47,705 bases of DNA from an uncultured Candidatus Saccharibacteria bacterium (GCA_964459265.1 CAYWKA010000001.1:46668-94372); one strand, 5' to 3'; numbered from the stretch's first letter, positions 37,465-46,126 are shown. The notes: generated from the letters alone by a model not told the origin. Translations and numbers: made by a program.

Positions 37465-39018
37465 TTAGCTTAATATTTTAACCGTTCCCCTGACAGCATC
37501 TACCTCTATCTTCATTCCGTCTTTTAAAACCTTGGTGGCGATTTTTGTTCCAACAATGCAGGGTTTTTTCATTTCTCTGGAAACAATGGCAGCATGGCAA
37601 ATTATGCCGCCTTCATCGGTCACAAAAGCGGAGGCTTTTTTCATGGCAGAAATTAAATCGGGATTGGTAGCTGGTGATACCAAAATGTCTCCTTCTCTCA
37701 TTTTTTCTACATCAGCTTTTACGGCAATAATTTTTGCTATACCCCTTACTTTACCCGAATAAGCTATCATGCCTTTTAATTCTTTCATTCCGGTGGTGAA
37801 TTCTTTTGTAGCAGTAAGACTCTCTCTAAGATATTTTTTGTGTCTTTTTGCTTTTTGGCCTTCGTAAACTGCTGTTTTCCCTTCCGAAATCATAGCAATA
37901 CAATACTGGAGACGCTGTTTGGCTTTTTTTTGATCAATTTTCCTTTGGATTAAGGCCCGGCGCAGCTCGTCTGAGGTCAAATATTTTACTTCGGATATGC
38001 TGAGATTGAGACGCCTTCCAATTTCTTCTATTACTGGGTCCATTAGTACATAAGATTGTTGGTATATTCCTTTTCTATAGTCTTTAAACCACATGAAAAA
38101 TTTAGAAACTTCTAATAGATACTGTAGCTCCTGAGGCAACTTTAGTTTTTTGATTAGCTTTTCTCTTTGATGGGGTAATTTTCTAAAGTGTTCTCTATTT
38201 TTTTTCATCTGTCCCCGAATAGACAATTTAGTTTCTAAACTTTCCTTCATCATTTGTAGCACATCTTCTATGCTCATTACTGGACCAATATAATAATAGG
38301 GTAGCCATTCATATTTCTTTCTGTGTTTTTTTAGTTTCTGATAAATTAGGGGGAAATCATGCTGGATTTTGATAATAGCTTTTCTGATGGGCAATTTTTT
38401 AATAATCTTAATAACCGCTCTGTTAGAATGCTCTATATTTAAAATTAATTTTAATCTATCCACCTCTTCTTTTCGAACCTCGCTTAATTGATCAGGCGAA
38501 CTTAATAAACTATAGTACTCGCCTGTTTTTTCTTCTAAGTTTTTTTTGACTAAAAATCGTCTTAGGTTTTCTACAACATAATCCGATAAAAAACTGGTGC
38601 CGAGACCATCTATTACAACCGGCACCCACCCCCAAATTCTTAGTTTTCTCATAAGGATTTGATATTCCAAATAAAGATTTAATAAGCTCTGGCTGGGTAG
38701 TCCGGGGAGTTCTTTGGATTTAATATTTTTGCAGAAAGAGATTAATTTCTTTGAATATTTATAAATATTTTTTCCGACTAATTTATAAAACTTTTTATCT
38801 TTTTTAATTTTATTGAAAAGAAGCTTGCCTAATTCATCTAATTCCTGAGCAATACCATAATAATAAACATGACCCTTTTTAAATTCTAAAATGATTTTAC
38901 TAGTTTTTTTGCCGTAGGCGGGTTCAATATCTTTGGTCAAGCATTCATCGGCAAAATACCAGGGATAAAGATAAAATCTATCTCTGTCAAAATATATTTT
39001 AAATTTTTTTCTTTTCAT
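37465..39018 (-). CDS. Swivel-domain paralog 3
   Basis: 517 aa. C-terminus: GDILVSPATNPDLISAMKKASAFVTDEGGIICHAAIVSREMKKPCIVG, with the His codon at 37594-37596. N-domain motifs LPSQSLLNLYLEY, KKYEW and KDYRKG...VKYLTSDEL. Confidence 0.8.
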   Translation of the reverse strand: MKRKKFKIYFDRDRFYLYPWYFADECLTKDIEPAYGKKTSKIILEFKKGHVYYYGIAQELDELGKLLFNKIKKDKKFYKLVGKNIYKYSKKLISFCKNIKSKELPGLPSQSLLNLYLEYQILMRKLRIWGWVPVVIDGLGTSFLSDYVVENLRRFLVKKNLEEKTGEYYSLLSSPDQLSEVRKEEVDRLKLILNIEHSNRAVIKIIKKLPIRKAIIKIQHDFPLIYQKLKKHRKKYEWLPYYYIGPVMSIEDVLQMMKESLETKLSIRGQMKKNREHFRKLPHQREKLIKKLKLPQELQYLLEVSKFFMWFKDYRKGIYQQSYVLMDPVIEEIGRRLNLSISEVKYLTSDELRRALIQRKIDQKKAKQRLQYCIAMISEGKTAVYEGQKAKRHKKYLRESLTATKEFTTGMKELKGMIAYSGKVRGIAKIIAVKADVEKMREGDILVSPATNPDLISAMKKASAFVTDEGGIICHAAIVSREMKKPCIVGTKIATKVLKDGMKIEVDAVRGTVKILS

Positions 39019-39045
39019 TTTATTTTAATAATTCTTTTTTGGTTT

Positions 39046-39411
39046 TTAATAAACCAAGTGGAAAAGGCCAATGACTTTATTTTGTTTTCCTTCTTCTTCT
39101 TCTGATTCTTGGCAAATTATATTAAAGGTTTTGGTTGCTTCTTCTGTTTTGTCAATGATTAGTTTAATGCCCTTTTCCAAAATAAAATTTTGAGCTTCTT
39201 CAGTCATCTTAGCCAAACCTCCTTCACCAGTCCCAACAACGATAGTATCTGGATTTTCTTTTACCGCTCTTTTAAAATCCTCTACGTCGAAAACGTGGCT
39301 TTGAGCTCGCCACCAAGATAAAACTTCATCCGTCCAACGAACCTCCACGTCCTCATTATAAGTTTTACCACCAATGGTAATCGCTCCAAATTTATATTCG
39401 TCTATCATCAT
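39046..39411 (-). CDS. Mth938-like (DUF498/NDUFAF3-like) domain protein
   Basis: 121 aa with FGAITIGGKTYNEDVEV...W...H...D...VVGTGEGG...GIKL...T..A..TFN, the pattern of the Mth938 domain. Confidence 0.6.
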   Translation of the reverse strand: MMIDEYKFGAITIGGKTYNEDVEVRWTDEVLSWWRAQSHVFDVEDFKRAVKENPDTIVVGTGEGGLAKMTEEAQNFILEKGIKLIIDKTEEATKTFNIICQESEEEEGKQNKVIGLFHLVY

Positions 39412-39421
39412 TAAAAATAGT

Positions 39422-40384
39422 TTAAACAGTGTTTACGTTTAAGTTTGACCATTTACCGCACCTATCCCCCCAGCGCGCCACTACTTTCCCTTCGATTCTG
39501 GCCTCGATTACTTCACAACGATTTGGACATCCTTTGCATTGAAAAGAAGTGCATTTTATATCCTGGTCTGATATTTCAAAACCCCTAAAACGGGCAGCGG
39601 AAGGATTGTAATCTTTTACTAAAAGCGCTGCTCCAAAAGCTCCAATCACCGTATTATACGGCGGGACAATTATTTTCTGGTTTAGAGCTTTCTCAAAAGC
39701 TTTTCTTATTCCTAAGTTCTCCGAAACTCCTCCCTGAAAGACAATGGGAGGTTTGATGTTTTTTCCTTTCGCCACATTGTTCAAAAAGTTCCTTACCAAG
39801 CCCTGGCAGAGTCCAGCCACGATATCTTCGGTAGAATGACCGATTTGTTGTTTATGAATCATATCTGACTCGGCAAACACTGTGCATCTTGAACCAATAG
39901 TGGTTGGGTTTTTTGATTTTAAGGCTATTTCTCCAAAACTCTCAACTGGTAATTTTAAACGAAAGGCCTGAGCATCAAGAAAAGCGCCAGTACCGGCAGC
40001 ACATATAAGATTCATGGCAAAGTCAACGGCTACGCCATTTTCTAAAATAATAATCTTGGAATCTTGGCCGCCAATTTCAATCACCGTTCTAACCTCTGGA
40101 ACAAAAAAAGAAGCGCCCTTGGCGTGAGCTGTAATTTCGTTTTTAACTAAATCTGCTCCGGTAATTACTCCGGCTAATTGACGAGCCGATCCCGTAGTCC
40201 CCACTCCAGCGATTTCTACCTTTTTAGGTATTTGTTTTTTTAATTCTTTTAACCCTCGCTGGATTGCCCCAATAGGATTTCCTTCGGTCCTAATATAAAG
40301 AGAAGACAAAACCTGATTTTTCTCGCCAATCAGAACCAAATTGGTAGAGATTGAACCCACATCAATGCCTAAATAGGTTTTCAT
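39422..40384 (-). CDS. BcrAD/BadFG-type ATPase (HgdC-like activase of 2-hydroxyacyl-CoA-dehydratase/benzoyl-CoA-reductase family) with Cys-rich C-terminal extension
   Basis: 320 aa with LGIDVGSISTN, EIGGQDSKII, LICAAGTGAFLD and GSRCTVFAESD (ASKHA fold plus the two bridging-cluster Cys). An extra C-terminal motif CTSFQCKGCPNRC...DRCGKW is present. Confidence 0.88.
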   Translation of the reverse strand: MKTYLGIDVGSISTNLVLIGEKNQVLSSLYIRTEGNPIGAIQRGLKELKKQIPKKVEIAGVGTTGSARQLAGVITGADLVKNEITAHAKGASFFVPEVRTVIEIGGQDSKIIILENGVAVDFAMNLICAAGTGAFLDAQAFRLKLPVESFGEIALKSKNPTTIGSRCTVFAESDMIHKQQIGHSTEDIVAGLCQGLVRNFLNNVAKGKNIKPPIVFQGGVSENLGIRKAFEKALNQKIIVPPYNTVIGAFGAALLVKDYNPSAARFRGFEISDQDIKCTSFQCKGCPNRCEVIEARIEGKVVARWGDRCGKWSNLNVNTV

Positions 40385-41457
40385 GATTGTTTTTTGTTAT
40401 GATAGTGATTTCTTACCACATCCACGAAGGCCTCCAATCGGGTATTGATTCCAGCCTCAGCCACTTGTTCGTCTAAAGATAAGGACAAAAAGGGAATACC
40501 TGATTCCAGATGAATCTTCTCTAAAATCGGCCTGACTGTTACCTCCGGCATACAGCCGAAGGGTAATAAGTGAATTATACCGTCAAAATCTTCTTTTACA
40601 TAATGCAACATTTCATAAATGGCATCACGGCCGTGACCACCGACAGTGGATTTTAAATAAGGATTTATTTTTCTTTGAATTATCCAATCTTTCCAGGGAA
40701 AAATCAATTTCTTGACATGATAAGTAAGGTCCATTTCCCGGTAAACTTCAATCCCCTCTTTGCCCAATTTACTCTCTAAATCAAAATTGATATCCGGGTC
40801 GCAAACGGTATAAATTTCTCCTATCAAAGCCACTCTGGGAGGTTTTTTATCTTTTTCAATTTCAATTTCAGAAAGACTTTTTAAAATTTCTTTTCTCAGT
40901 TTTGGAAAATCTTTTTCCTCTTTTAACTCCTCAATTTTAAGAAAACTCTCCTGTAGTATCTTATCTGTAGCTCCTCTTTTAATTTCTCTGGGTCGATAAA
41001 ATTGGGCCCTCTTTTCAATTTTTTCGATTAATCTTAACTTTCTAAGAGAAAAACGAAATGCCCTTAAAATCTGCCAGAAGGAAGCTCCAGTAACTTCTTT
41101 TATTTTTTTATAAATATCTTTGGGAGTAGCTCTGAAATCTAAAAAATTAATATTATGGCCAGCTTCTTTCAAAACTTTTTCTTGAACTACGCCGTAATAT
41201 CTTTGGCGGCAAGAACCGCCAACATTTTGAACCATAAAAACGGTATCGGCTCCCTTTTTTAAACTGGGAATTATATTGCCTAAAGTTACCTTTAAGGGAA
41301 AGCAATACATTTCTGGAGAAATTTTAACACCTTCAGCGATTGTTTCTGAGGTGGTTTTTTCCGGAGGAATAACCTCCAAGCCCAACTGCTCAAAAAGGGT
41401 CTTAAAGGCAATGGTATAATTCCCCCATCTGGCAAAAGTAATAATTGGCTTTTTCAT
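40381..41457 (-). CDS. Activase-related DUF2229-like protein B (dehydratase-component-like)
   Basis: The ORF-track start (41529) would overlap the upstream gene by 68 nt. I place the start at the ATG at 41457 (MKKPIITFARWGNY...). The C-terminal motif LSLSLDEQVAEAGINTRLEAFVDVV matches that of the neighbouring protein. Conserved Cys in YCFPLK and FGCMPE. Confidence 0.7.
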   Translation of the reverse strand: MKKPIITFARWGNYTIAFKTLFEQLGLEVIPPEKTTSETIAEGVKISPEMYCFPLKVTLGNIIPSLKKGADTVFMVQNVGGSCRQRYYGVVQEKVLKEAGHNINFLDFRATPKDIYKKIKEVTGASFWQILRAFRFSLRKLRLIEKIEKRAQFYRPREIKRGATDKILQESFLKIEELKEEKDFPKLRKEILKSLSEIEIEKDKKPPRVALIGEIYTVCDPDINFDLESKLGKEGIEVYREMDLTYHVKKLIFPWKDWIIQRKINPYLKSTVGGHGRDAIYEMLHYVKEDFDGIIHLLPFGCMPEVTVRPILEKIHLESGIPFLSLSLDEQVAEAGINTRLEAFVDVVRNHYHNKKQS

Positions 41458-41461
41458 AGCT

Positions 41462-42373
41462 TTAGTGCAAAGTATCGATAAAGGCCTCCAGTCGAGTCTG
41501 TAGACCCGCCTCTCCGGTATGTTCATCAATTAATAAATAAAGGAATGGAATTTTATTTTGTTTAAATTCTCTCTCAACAAATTCTTTTAATACGGCGTCG
41601 CAACCACACTGAAAAGAAGAAATCTCAATTGCGCCGGCGAGATCATAATTCAGAATACCTTGAATTTTCTCCATTATTTCTTTCCCGAACTCCCAATGAA
41701 ACTTTGGCCAATTTTGGATTTGGTCCGCCAGCTGGCGGATTGGATTTTGGATTTCTGACGTGGGGACTTCCTCTATAAAAATCGGCTCTGCTTCTAATTT
41801 TTCTAATTTCTCTTTTATCTTTAAATTAATGTAGTCGTCGTATAGATTATATTGGTGAGAAATTAATACTATTTTCTTTTTTTTAGATTGGACTTTCTTA
41901 AAAAAATCTTTTTCTTCTTTCTTTTTAGCTTGCTCTTCTCTTAGAAAAGTTCTTTCCAAAGCTTTTTCAACTTCTTTTTTTTCTTTCCCTAGTTTTTTAC
42001 CTAATTTTCCAAGAGTTTTTTTAAATGGTTCTTTTCGATAATCAAAAGTTTCGGTTAAAATTGGTGTTTTTACTAAAATCTTAGACAGGTCAGGAAGGCC
42101 GAAAAACTTAGGACAATATTCAAGCTTTTCTGAATTAGTTTTTAACCGAGGGACAAAAATCCAATCGCACTTCCCGTCTAACCATAGAAGGTGGCCAAAA
42201 AAAACTTTAGTTGAAAAACAATTTTCAGGGTCGGAGGATTTTACTCCAGCTTCAACGATTTCTTTATTAGTTAAAGGAGAAAGTAAAACTTTAAAATTGA
42301 GCTCTCTAAAAAAAGTTTCCCAAAATAGGGGCTGTTTCCAATAGATTAGAGCTTTGGGTATGCCTATAGTCAT
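41462..42373 (-). CDS. Activase-related DUF2229-like protein A
   Basis: 303 aa with IGIPKALIYWKQPLFWETFFRELNFKVLLSP...CFSTKVFFGH...IFVPRL, SSFQCGCDAV and the C-terminal LYLLIDEHTGEAGLQTRLEAFIDTL. Confidence 0.7.
   Translation of the reverse strand: MTIGIPKALIYWKQPLFWETFFRELNFKVLLSPLTNKEIVEAGVKSSDPENCFSTKVFFGHLLWLDGKCDWIFVPRLKTNSEKLEYCPKFFGLPDLSKILVKTPILTETFDYRKEPFKKTLGKLGKKLGKEKKEVEKALERTFLREEQAKKKEEKDFFKKVQSKKKKIVLISHQYNLYDDYINLKIKEKLEKLEAEPIFIEEVPTSEIQNPIRQLADQIQNWPKFHWEFGKEIMEKIQGILNYDLAGAIEISSFQCGCDAVLKEFVEREFKQNKIPFLYLLIDEHTGEAGLQTRLEAFIDTLH
41710..41756. repeat. Palindrome-cored intragenic repeat, copy 3 (perfect core TCCGCCAGCTGGCGGA at 41724-41739)
   Basis: AATTTTGGATTTGG + core + TTGGATTTTGGATTT. 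It is read as IQNPIRQLADQIQNW, a reading frame shifted by one nucleotide relative to copies 1, 2 and 4. Confidence 0.75.
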
Positions 42374-42374
42374 T

Positions 42375-43622
42375 TTAAAAAAGAGTTTTCTGCCGCGAAG
42401 GAGTTTTTGGTTCTTCTTTAGAGAAAATTCTTATTTTCCCATAAACTCCGTCGTAACCTGGCTCAATATTTACTTGCCCCTCCCTTACTCGTTTAATTCC
42501 CTCAGCAATTTCTGGCAAGGTAGCTGTCTCCAACTCAGAAAAAGGAACATTAAGTAAAATTTTAAATTCGTTATCAAATTTTTTTATCAAATTTTTATAT
42601 TCCTCGTCAACTTGTTTGGTTCCCTCTGTTACCCCTAAGGAATCGGCAATTATTTCCGTTAAAGGGATTGAACTCTTGTAGGGAATAGCATTTTCTGGTT
42701 GAAAACCTTCTTCTTTATCTGCTAAAAAATCAACTCTGTTTAAGACGCCGATAGTTAAAGGCCTTCCGCAATTGGGACAGATATTGTTATATTTTTTTGA
42801 TTCCTGGGGCGATAAACAAATCTCGCATACTCTGTGGCCGTCGTAATGATATTTTCCTTCCTCGGGGAAAAATTCAACCGTATATAAAAACTTCTGAGAA
42901 TCTCTTGATTTTATAGCTTCGACGATGGCAGGGTAACTAATTTCTGTATCAAAAACATTAGCTTCCCGACCGATATGAGCTGGGCTGTGAGCATCTGAAT
43001 TGCTGATTAAAGTAACTCTCCGGCCGTCTGGAATCCGCCAGAGCATTTTAGGATCGGCTGACAACCCTGTTTCTATTGCGTAAATATACCTTGAATAATC
43101 TTCAAAGCATTCTTCGATTGAATCAAAGCCGGATTTAGAGCCGAATATACCAAACCAGGGAGTCATAGCGTGGGCCGGGACAATTAAACAATCCTGGGAA
43201 ATGCTTAAAATAGTTTTGGCTAATTCTTTAGCGTCCAATCCTAAAATTGGTCTTCCATCGGCTTTTAAATTGCCTTGCCATCCTAAATGAGCGTTTATTT
43301 TATCAACAATTTCCAAAGAGGGAGCAAAAACTACAATGTGAATTTTTCTGACCTTCCCTTTTTTAGAATAAATGCAGCTAATTTCAGTGGTTAAGATAAA
43401 CCGAGTTTCACTATCGGAGGTTTTTAATCTATAAAGGCCCAGTTCGGCCGGTGCCAATTTTTCCTTTAAGGTTCTGAACCATTCGGGGTGAGTAAAATCG
43501 GCTGTTCCCAAAACTTTAATCCCTTTAATTCTTGCCCACTTATCCAGATTTTCCAAGTCCATGTTCCGGGAAGTGGCTCTAGAATATTTACTATGGAGAT
43601 GAAAATCAGCTATAAATTGCAT
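42375..43622 (-). CDS. Endonuclease Q-like PHP-domain nuclease (TIGR00375-type)
   Basis: 415 aa with N-terminal PHP motif ADFHLHSKYSRATS, VPAHAMTPW, NSDAHSP, the zinc ribbon CEIC...CPNCGRPLTIGVLNRV and the C-terminal GYDGVYGKIRIF. Confidence 0.75.
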   Translation of the reverse strand: MQFIADFHLHSKYSRATSRNMDLENLDKWARIKGIKVLGTADFTHPEWFRTLKEKLAPAELGLYRLKTSDSETRFILTTEISCIYSKKGKVRKIHIVVFAPSLEIVDKINAHLGWQGNLKADGRPILGLDAKELAKTILSISQDCLIVPAHAMTPWFGIFGSKSGFDSIEECFEDYSRYIYAIETGLSADPKMLWRIPDGRRVTLISNSDAHSPAHIGREANVFDTEISYPAIVEAIKSRDSQKFLYTVEFFPEEGKYHYDGHRVCEICLSPQESKKYNNICPNCGRPLTIGVLNRVDFLADKEEGFQPENAIPYKSSIPLTEIIADSLGVTEGTKQVDEEYKNLIKKFDNEFKILLNVPFSELETATLPEIAEGIKRVREGQVNIEPGYDGVYGKIRIFSKEEPKTPSRQKTLF

Positions 43623-44758
43623 GATTTTAAAAATGCTTGAGAAATTGCTCCCAAAATCAGGATGAGCATTAAGAAGTATAACAAAATTGAGGGAATTTTC
43701 AAACTGTATTCTGGCTTTCTGTTTCCTTTTGTCTTAGCTTTCTTAAAAATTAAAATTATCGCTATTCCCTCAATTACCCCGACAATTGTCCCAACAAATC
43801 CAATAGTCTCAATAAAGCTTCTAAAACCTATCAAGAATAAAATTAAAGGGAAACCGCAAGTTATCATTGTAGATGTTATTTTTGGAAACTTTAAGTCGAG
43901 AATAAAGGTATTTCTTAGGTAAAGGCCCAAAGCTAAAAAAGAATCAGCCAGAGTTATTACTGCAGCTAAAGCTATAAAAAATATAATTTGAGGGCCCAAA
44001 AATGGTATCAATCCTGAAAGAGTATCTTGGCTCACATTTTCCCCGGCTACTCCAATCACGGCTAAAGCAAATAAAAGATAAAGGGTAATGACGATAATTG
44101 AAGATAAAACTATTATTTTCTTAAGATTTCTCTTGGCTCCCGGATTCTTCAGAAAATTACAAATCTCGGGAATAGCTGACCAGCCGATTAAAGAAAACAA
44201 AAGTACTCCAAAAGGAAGAAAAATGCTGGGCAAGTTAAAAACGCTAATATTTGTTAAATCAAACTTAGGAAGACAAAATCCCAAAATAATAATAATAATA
44301 AAAAAGAAAAGGGAATTTGTAAAAAATTCGGCTGGAGCTATTAATTTAATACCCCGAAAAATAAAATAAGATAACACTAACCAAAAAATAAAAGTAAATT
44401 CGGAACTAGATAAATTTAAAAGGGGTGATAGTAAAATTTTCAGGAATTCCCCGCCAAGAATTAAAAAAGCTAAAAGGGCGCCGGTTATCCCAACAATAAC
44501 TGAAACTGTAATTAGTCTTCTTCCCCAATTCCCTAAATATTTTTGACTAAGCCCTACTAATCTACAATTTTCTTCTGTTCTTAAAATTATTTCTCCAAAA
44601 AATAAATGGATTAAAAGAACTACTCCGCCCAAAACGAGGAAATAAAAAAAACCGGGGATTATCCCGCTTTTTTCAATTACGTAAGGAATTCCAAAAATTC
44701 CTGCTCCGACTATTGTCCCAATTAAAATAGATAGAGCGAAAAGGAAACTTTTTTTCAT
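43610..44758 (-). CDS. Amino-acid permease-like membrane transporter
   Basis: 382 aa with about 11 TM segments and the N-terminal motif ILIGTIVGAGIFGIPYV, typical of Aa_trans/aromatic amino-acid permease-type carriers. Confidence 0.65.
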   Translation of the reverse strand: MKKSFLFALSILIGTIVGAGIFGIPYVIEKSGIIPGFFYFLVLGGVVLLIHLFFGEIILRTEENCRLVGLSQKYLGNWGRRLITVSVIVGITGALLAFLILGGEFLKILLSPLLNLSSSEFTFIFWLVLSYFIFRGIKLIAPAEFFTNSLFFFIIIIILGFCLPKFDLTNISVFNLPSIFLPFGVLLFSLIGWSAIPEICNFLKNPGAKRNLKKIIVLSSIIVITLYLLFALAVIGVAGENVSQDTLSGLIPFLGPQIIFFIALAAVITLADSFLALGLYLRNTFILDLKFPKITSTMITCGFPLILFLIGFRSFIETIGFVGTIVGVIEGIAIILIFKKAKTKGNRKPEYSLKIPSILLYFLMLILILGAISQAFLKSCNL

Positions 44759-44763
44759 TTATT

Positions 44764-45213
44764 TTATTTGTTTTCTTTAAAAAATTTTTCCTCTAATAGA
44801 CCGAAACCTGCCAAAATTAAAAGACTAAGTAAAGTAACCAAAGTAGCCAAAAAATAGAACTTAGTTCCCACTGCTATTCCAATAGCAGCAGTTGTCCACA
44901 AACCGGCGGCTGTAGTCAAACCAAGAATTCCGGAAGATTGACGAAAAATTACTCCTGCTCCGATAAAACCAATCCCAATTGCTATCGCCTGAATTATCCT
45001 TGAAGGATCGAAACTTATTCCTGTTTTTATAAAAAAAGAGTTAAACAACTCAAAAGAAATGATAGTAAAAAGACAAGAGCCTAAAGCAACTAAACTATAA
45101 GTCTGAAGTCCGGCTTCTTTTCCTTTGTATTCTCTTTCTAAACCAATAAGGGCACCTAAAAAAGTAGCCAAAAGAAGCTGGCAAATAATCTCAATCTCCA
45201 TAGGTAAGTTCAA
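44764..45213 (-). CDS. MgtC/SapB family membrane protein
   Basis: 149 aa with the family signature LLATFLGALIGLEREYKGKEAGLQTYSLVALGSCLF. Confidence 0.85.
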   Translation of the reverse strand: MNLPMEIEIICQLLLATFLGALIGLEREYKGKEAGLQTYSLVALGSCLFTIISFELFNSFFIKTGISFDPSRIIQAIAIGIGFIGAGVIFRQSSGILGLTTAAGLWTTAAIGIAVGTKFYFLATLVTLLSLLILAGFGLLEEKFFKENK

Positions 45214-45216
45214 GGT

Positions 45217-45489
45217 TTATAGTTTGTAAGTTTTATACCCTTCTCTAACTTTTTGAGCCACCTTTAGCCCAACCGACTCTCCTTTTTTGGCGACTTCCAC
45301 TTTTTGATGCTCTACTTCCATTGATTCAACACCCTGAGTAAAATCAGTTTCCCCGCCAACTATTCTAATGGTATCCCCTACTTTTAGAGAATCTTGAAGT
45401 TCAATAACTGCCACCCCAATATTACCAAAGTAGTGGGTGACCTGTCCTATTAATTTTCCTTCTTCAGGAAGAGGTTCTTCATTTGCCAT
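45217..45489 (-). CDS. Small EF-Tu-domain-2-like beta-barrel protein
   Basis: 90 aa. The pattern G.V.HYF..IGVAVIEL...LKVGD.I.I.G...DF...V.SM.....V..A..G..VGLKV recalls small translation-elongation-factor-like proteins. Confidence 0.5.
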   Translation of the reverse strand: MANEEPLPEEGKLIGQVTHYFGNIGVAVIELQDSLKVGDTIRIVGGETDFTQGVESMEVEHQKVEVAKKGESVGLKVAQKVREGYKTYKL

Positions 45490-45521
45490 ATTTTTATTTT
45501 AGGGGTCTTCTTATAATTATT

Positions 45522-46073
45522 TTATCGACCTTTCTCTTTTTTAATTAATTGAATTAATTTTTTGACCAATCTTTTAGGTTCTTTCTCGTAGACAATTTTT
45601 TTGACTCCCCGATAGGGCCCGGTGGCAATTGTTTTAATTTTATCTGCCGTGCCTCCCGACCCTACTAAAACGCCGATTGGTTTTTGGACTTCAAAAGCGG
45701 TAGCAAATTCATGTAAGGTCCCCATTCTGCCACAAATAATAATTACTCCGTCAGCCGACTTGGTCATCATTACATTTCTTCCAGCATAATCTGCACCAGT
45801 ATAAACTATGACATCGAAGGCCTCTACTGGAAGTTTGTATTTTTTCAAATGGGCGGCCTCTGAAGAAGCTGGAGAAAATCCGATACTAAAGCCACCGACC
45901 TCTTTACATCCTTGAGCGGCAAAATAAGGGATGCCGGTTGTAGCTCCGGTGATTAAATTGCAATTTTGGCGAGCAATTTCTCGGCCAATCTCTTCAGATA
46001 ATTCCCGGACCCCCTTACGGCAATGGCTAATTTGAGCTGCTCCAGAAACAGCAATCTCAAGTTTGTCTTTCAT
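45522..46073 (-). CDS. LOG/TIGR00725-like Rossmann-fold nucleotide-binding protein
   Basis: 183 aa with IAVSGAA...LITGATTGIPY...ADGVIIICGRMGTLHEF (a GGxGTxxE-like motif). Confidence 0.65.
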   Translation of the reverse strand: MKDKLEIAVSGAAQISHCRKGVRELSEEIGREIARQNCNLITGATTGIPYFAAQGCKEVGGFSIGFSPASSEAAHLKKYKLPVEAFDVIVYTGADYAGRNVMMTKSADGVIIICGRMGTLHEFATAFEVQKPIGVLVGSGGTADKIKTIATGPYRGVKKIVYEKEPKRLVKKLIQLIKKEKGR

Positions 46074-46092
46074 AAATCTATTTTAGCAAACT

Positions 46093-46118
46093 AAAAACGG
46101 GAAGTAAATTCTTCCCGG
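46093..46118 (-). terminator. Intrinsic terminator (expression platform or sRNA 3' end)
   Basis: The minus strand reads CGGGAAG-aatTTa-CTTCCCG followed by TTTTT. It lies 20 nt upstream of the ATG at 46073. Confidence 0.65.
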
Positions 46119-46126
46119 TTTTAGTG

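Noticed and set aside
41458-41529. N-terminal 24 codons of the 382-aa ORF (MMNIPERRVYRLDWRPLSILCTKA)
   Set aside because: They would overlap the upstream DUF2229-A gene by 68 nt. The Met at 41457 starts the conserved MKKPIITFARWGNY block and leaves a 4-nt spacer, so the gene was trimmed.
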